A stretch of 64,000 nt of DNA, taken from NCBI GenBank assembly GCA_963845065.1, contig CAWJQQ010000003.1, positions 192,001-256,000 on the forward strand, in the 5' to 3' direction. Below are positions 62,880-64,000 of this stretch, piece after piece; position 1 is the first letter of the stretch, and every line of letters begins with the position of its first letter. The notes under the pieces are model-generated. The model was not told the DNA's origin, made no database searches, and saw only the letters and a program-made list of their open reading frames with translations. Position numbers and translations under genes: made by a program. Origin of the DNA: Nitrospirota bacterium. Lineage in GTDB: Bacteria; Nitrospirota; UBA9217.

Positions 62880-63207
62880 TGCCGAATTGAGCGTACTGTT
62901 TGCGGGAGACAGGGTCATGCGCACCCTTAATAAACAATACCGCGGCAAGAACGGGACCACAGATGTTCTCTCCTTTTCCATGCTGGAAGGGCCGTTTATT
63001 GATGTGCAGCCTGAGCTCCTCGGCGACATAGCTATTTCTATTCCCGTGGCAGAGAAACAAGCGCGCGCTGCAGGACATTCGCTTGCCCGCGAAATTGAAC
63101 TGTTACTCGTGCATGGGCTGCTCCATCTGCTCGGCTATGACCATGAACACAGTCCTGCAGAGGCACGAAGGATGCGTCGCAAGGAACAAATGCTCCTGAA
63201 AAGGTAG
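62779..63207 (+). CDS. ybeY: rRNA maturation RNase YbeY
   Basis: LNKQYR, TDVLSF, LGDI and HGLLHLLGYDH motifs. Confidence 0.95.
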   Translation: MIIRIENTQKKKKLSLPEIKKRLSILLIRLGHPNAELSVLFAGDRVMRTLNKQYRGKNGTTDVLSFSMLEGPFIDVQPELLGDIAISIPVAEKQARAAGHSLAREIELLLVHGLLHLLGYDHEHSPAEARRMRRKEQMLLKR

Positions 63208-63212
63208 ACCTT

Positions 63213-63914
63213 ATGAAACCGACAACATGGACACAAAGGGCTAACCTCGCAATCGAGGGGATCATCTACTCGGTCAAGACCCAGCGGCATATGCGTTATC
63301 ATCTTTACGCAGCGCTGGCTGCACTTATCCTGAGCCTCGTCCTGAACATTTCCCGGACTGAGTTTATCCTTCTCTGCATGGCCATAATACTTGTGCTCAC
63401 GATGGAAATGCTGAATACCGCAATTGAGACAACGGTGGATATGATATCCGTGGAATATCATCCCCTGGCGAAAATTGCCAAGGACATCGCTGCAGGTGTC
63501 GTCCTAATCGCATCGATCGGCGCTCTTACGCTGGCTTATCTGATTCTGTACCCGGATCTTACGAACACTATTATGTATGGCCATTGGCATCTCCGGAAAG
63601 AACCGCACGACGTCATATCCTTCGTGTCACTTGCCGTCGTGATCATACTCGTAATCATTATCAAAGCCTTTGTTGGGAAGGGAGAGCCACTCAGAGGGGG
63701 TATGCCAAGCGGTCACGCAGCAGTATCGTTTTCCATTTGGTCGGCCGTTTTTTTTCTTGCTAATTCACTTGCTATCAATATCCTGACCTTCCTCCTTGCT
63801 CTCATGGTCAGCTGGAGTAGGTGGTCGTTTGGCGTTCATCGTCCTCGTGAGGTCGTAGCAGGGGCCTTGCTCGGTATCGGCATCACATTCCTACTTTTCA
63901 TCATCTTCAGTTGA
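63213..63914 (+). CDS. dgkA: Diacylglycerol/undecaprenol kinase fused to a PAP2 phosphatase
   Basis: EMLNTAIE and AKDIAAG motifs; C-terminal PSGH and SR....H...EV..GA. Confidence 0.9.
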   Translation: MKPTTWTQRANLAIEGIIYSVKTQRHMRYHLYAALAALILSLVLNISRTEFILLCMAIILVLTMEMLNTAIETTVDMISVEYHPLAKIAKDIAAGVVLIASIGALTLAYLILYPDLTNTIMYGHWHLRKEPHDVISFVSLAVVIILVIIIKAFVGKGEPLRGGMPSGHAAVSFSIWSAVFFLANSLAINILTFLLALMVSWSRWSFGVHRPREVVAGALLGIGITFLLFIIFS

Positions 63915-64000
63915 TGATGCGAAAACTGCGAATAAATTGTATGTCTTCAGTTGCAATATTGGATGATCACGATTTAACCTGAAAGTAAACTCGCTTCACT

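Overview
Bacterial chromosomal window. The gene repertoire (futalosine genes, Geobacter/Myxococcus-type pilA-ABC locus, phoH-HD-ybeY-dgkA) suggests a Nitrospirota- or Desulfobacterota-like organism; this is inference only. About 1-36.3 kb is a large surface-polysaccharide region: many GT2/GT4 enzymes, three methyltransferases, a GT-C, wbaP, CDP-3,6-dideoxyhexose genes rfbFGH plus a YerE-like TPP enzyme, wzx, an sxtIJKL-like carbamoylation module, and manC/manB. A decayed IS200 lies inside it. About 36.4-43.4 kb is a BirA-controlled bioB-bioF-bioD operon interrupted by a truncated IS4 and an apparently intact IS607-family element that carries an atypical, zinc-finger-less TnpB-like RuvC protein and a structured 3' RNA. 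The remainder holds a cytochrome c, DUF62, miaB (frameshifted), mtaB, mqnC, mqnE, a frameshifted deaminase, a sigma54-driven frameshifted type IV pilin with its ABC accessory genes, PBP1A, a HAMP-GGDEF protein with the Hypr (cGAMP-synthase) signature coupled to a lipoprotein, cobO, and phoH-HD-ybeY-dgkA. The top leads are the Hypr-type GGDEF/lipoprotein pair and the IS607/TnpB-like element. Several 1-nt indels suggest assembly errors. No CRISPR array, tRNA or rRNA was recognised.
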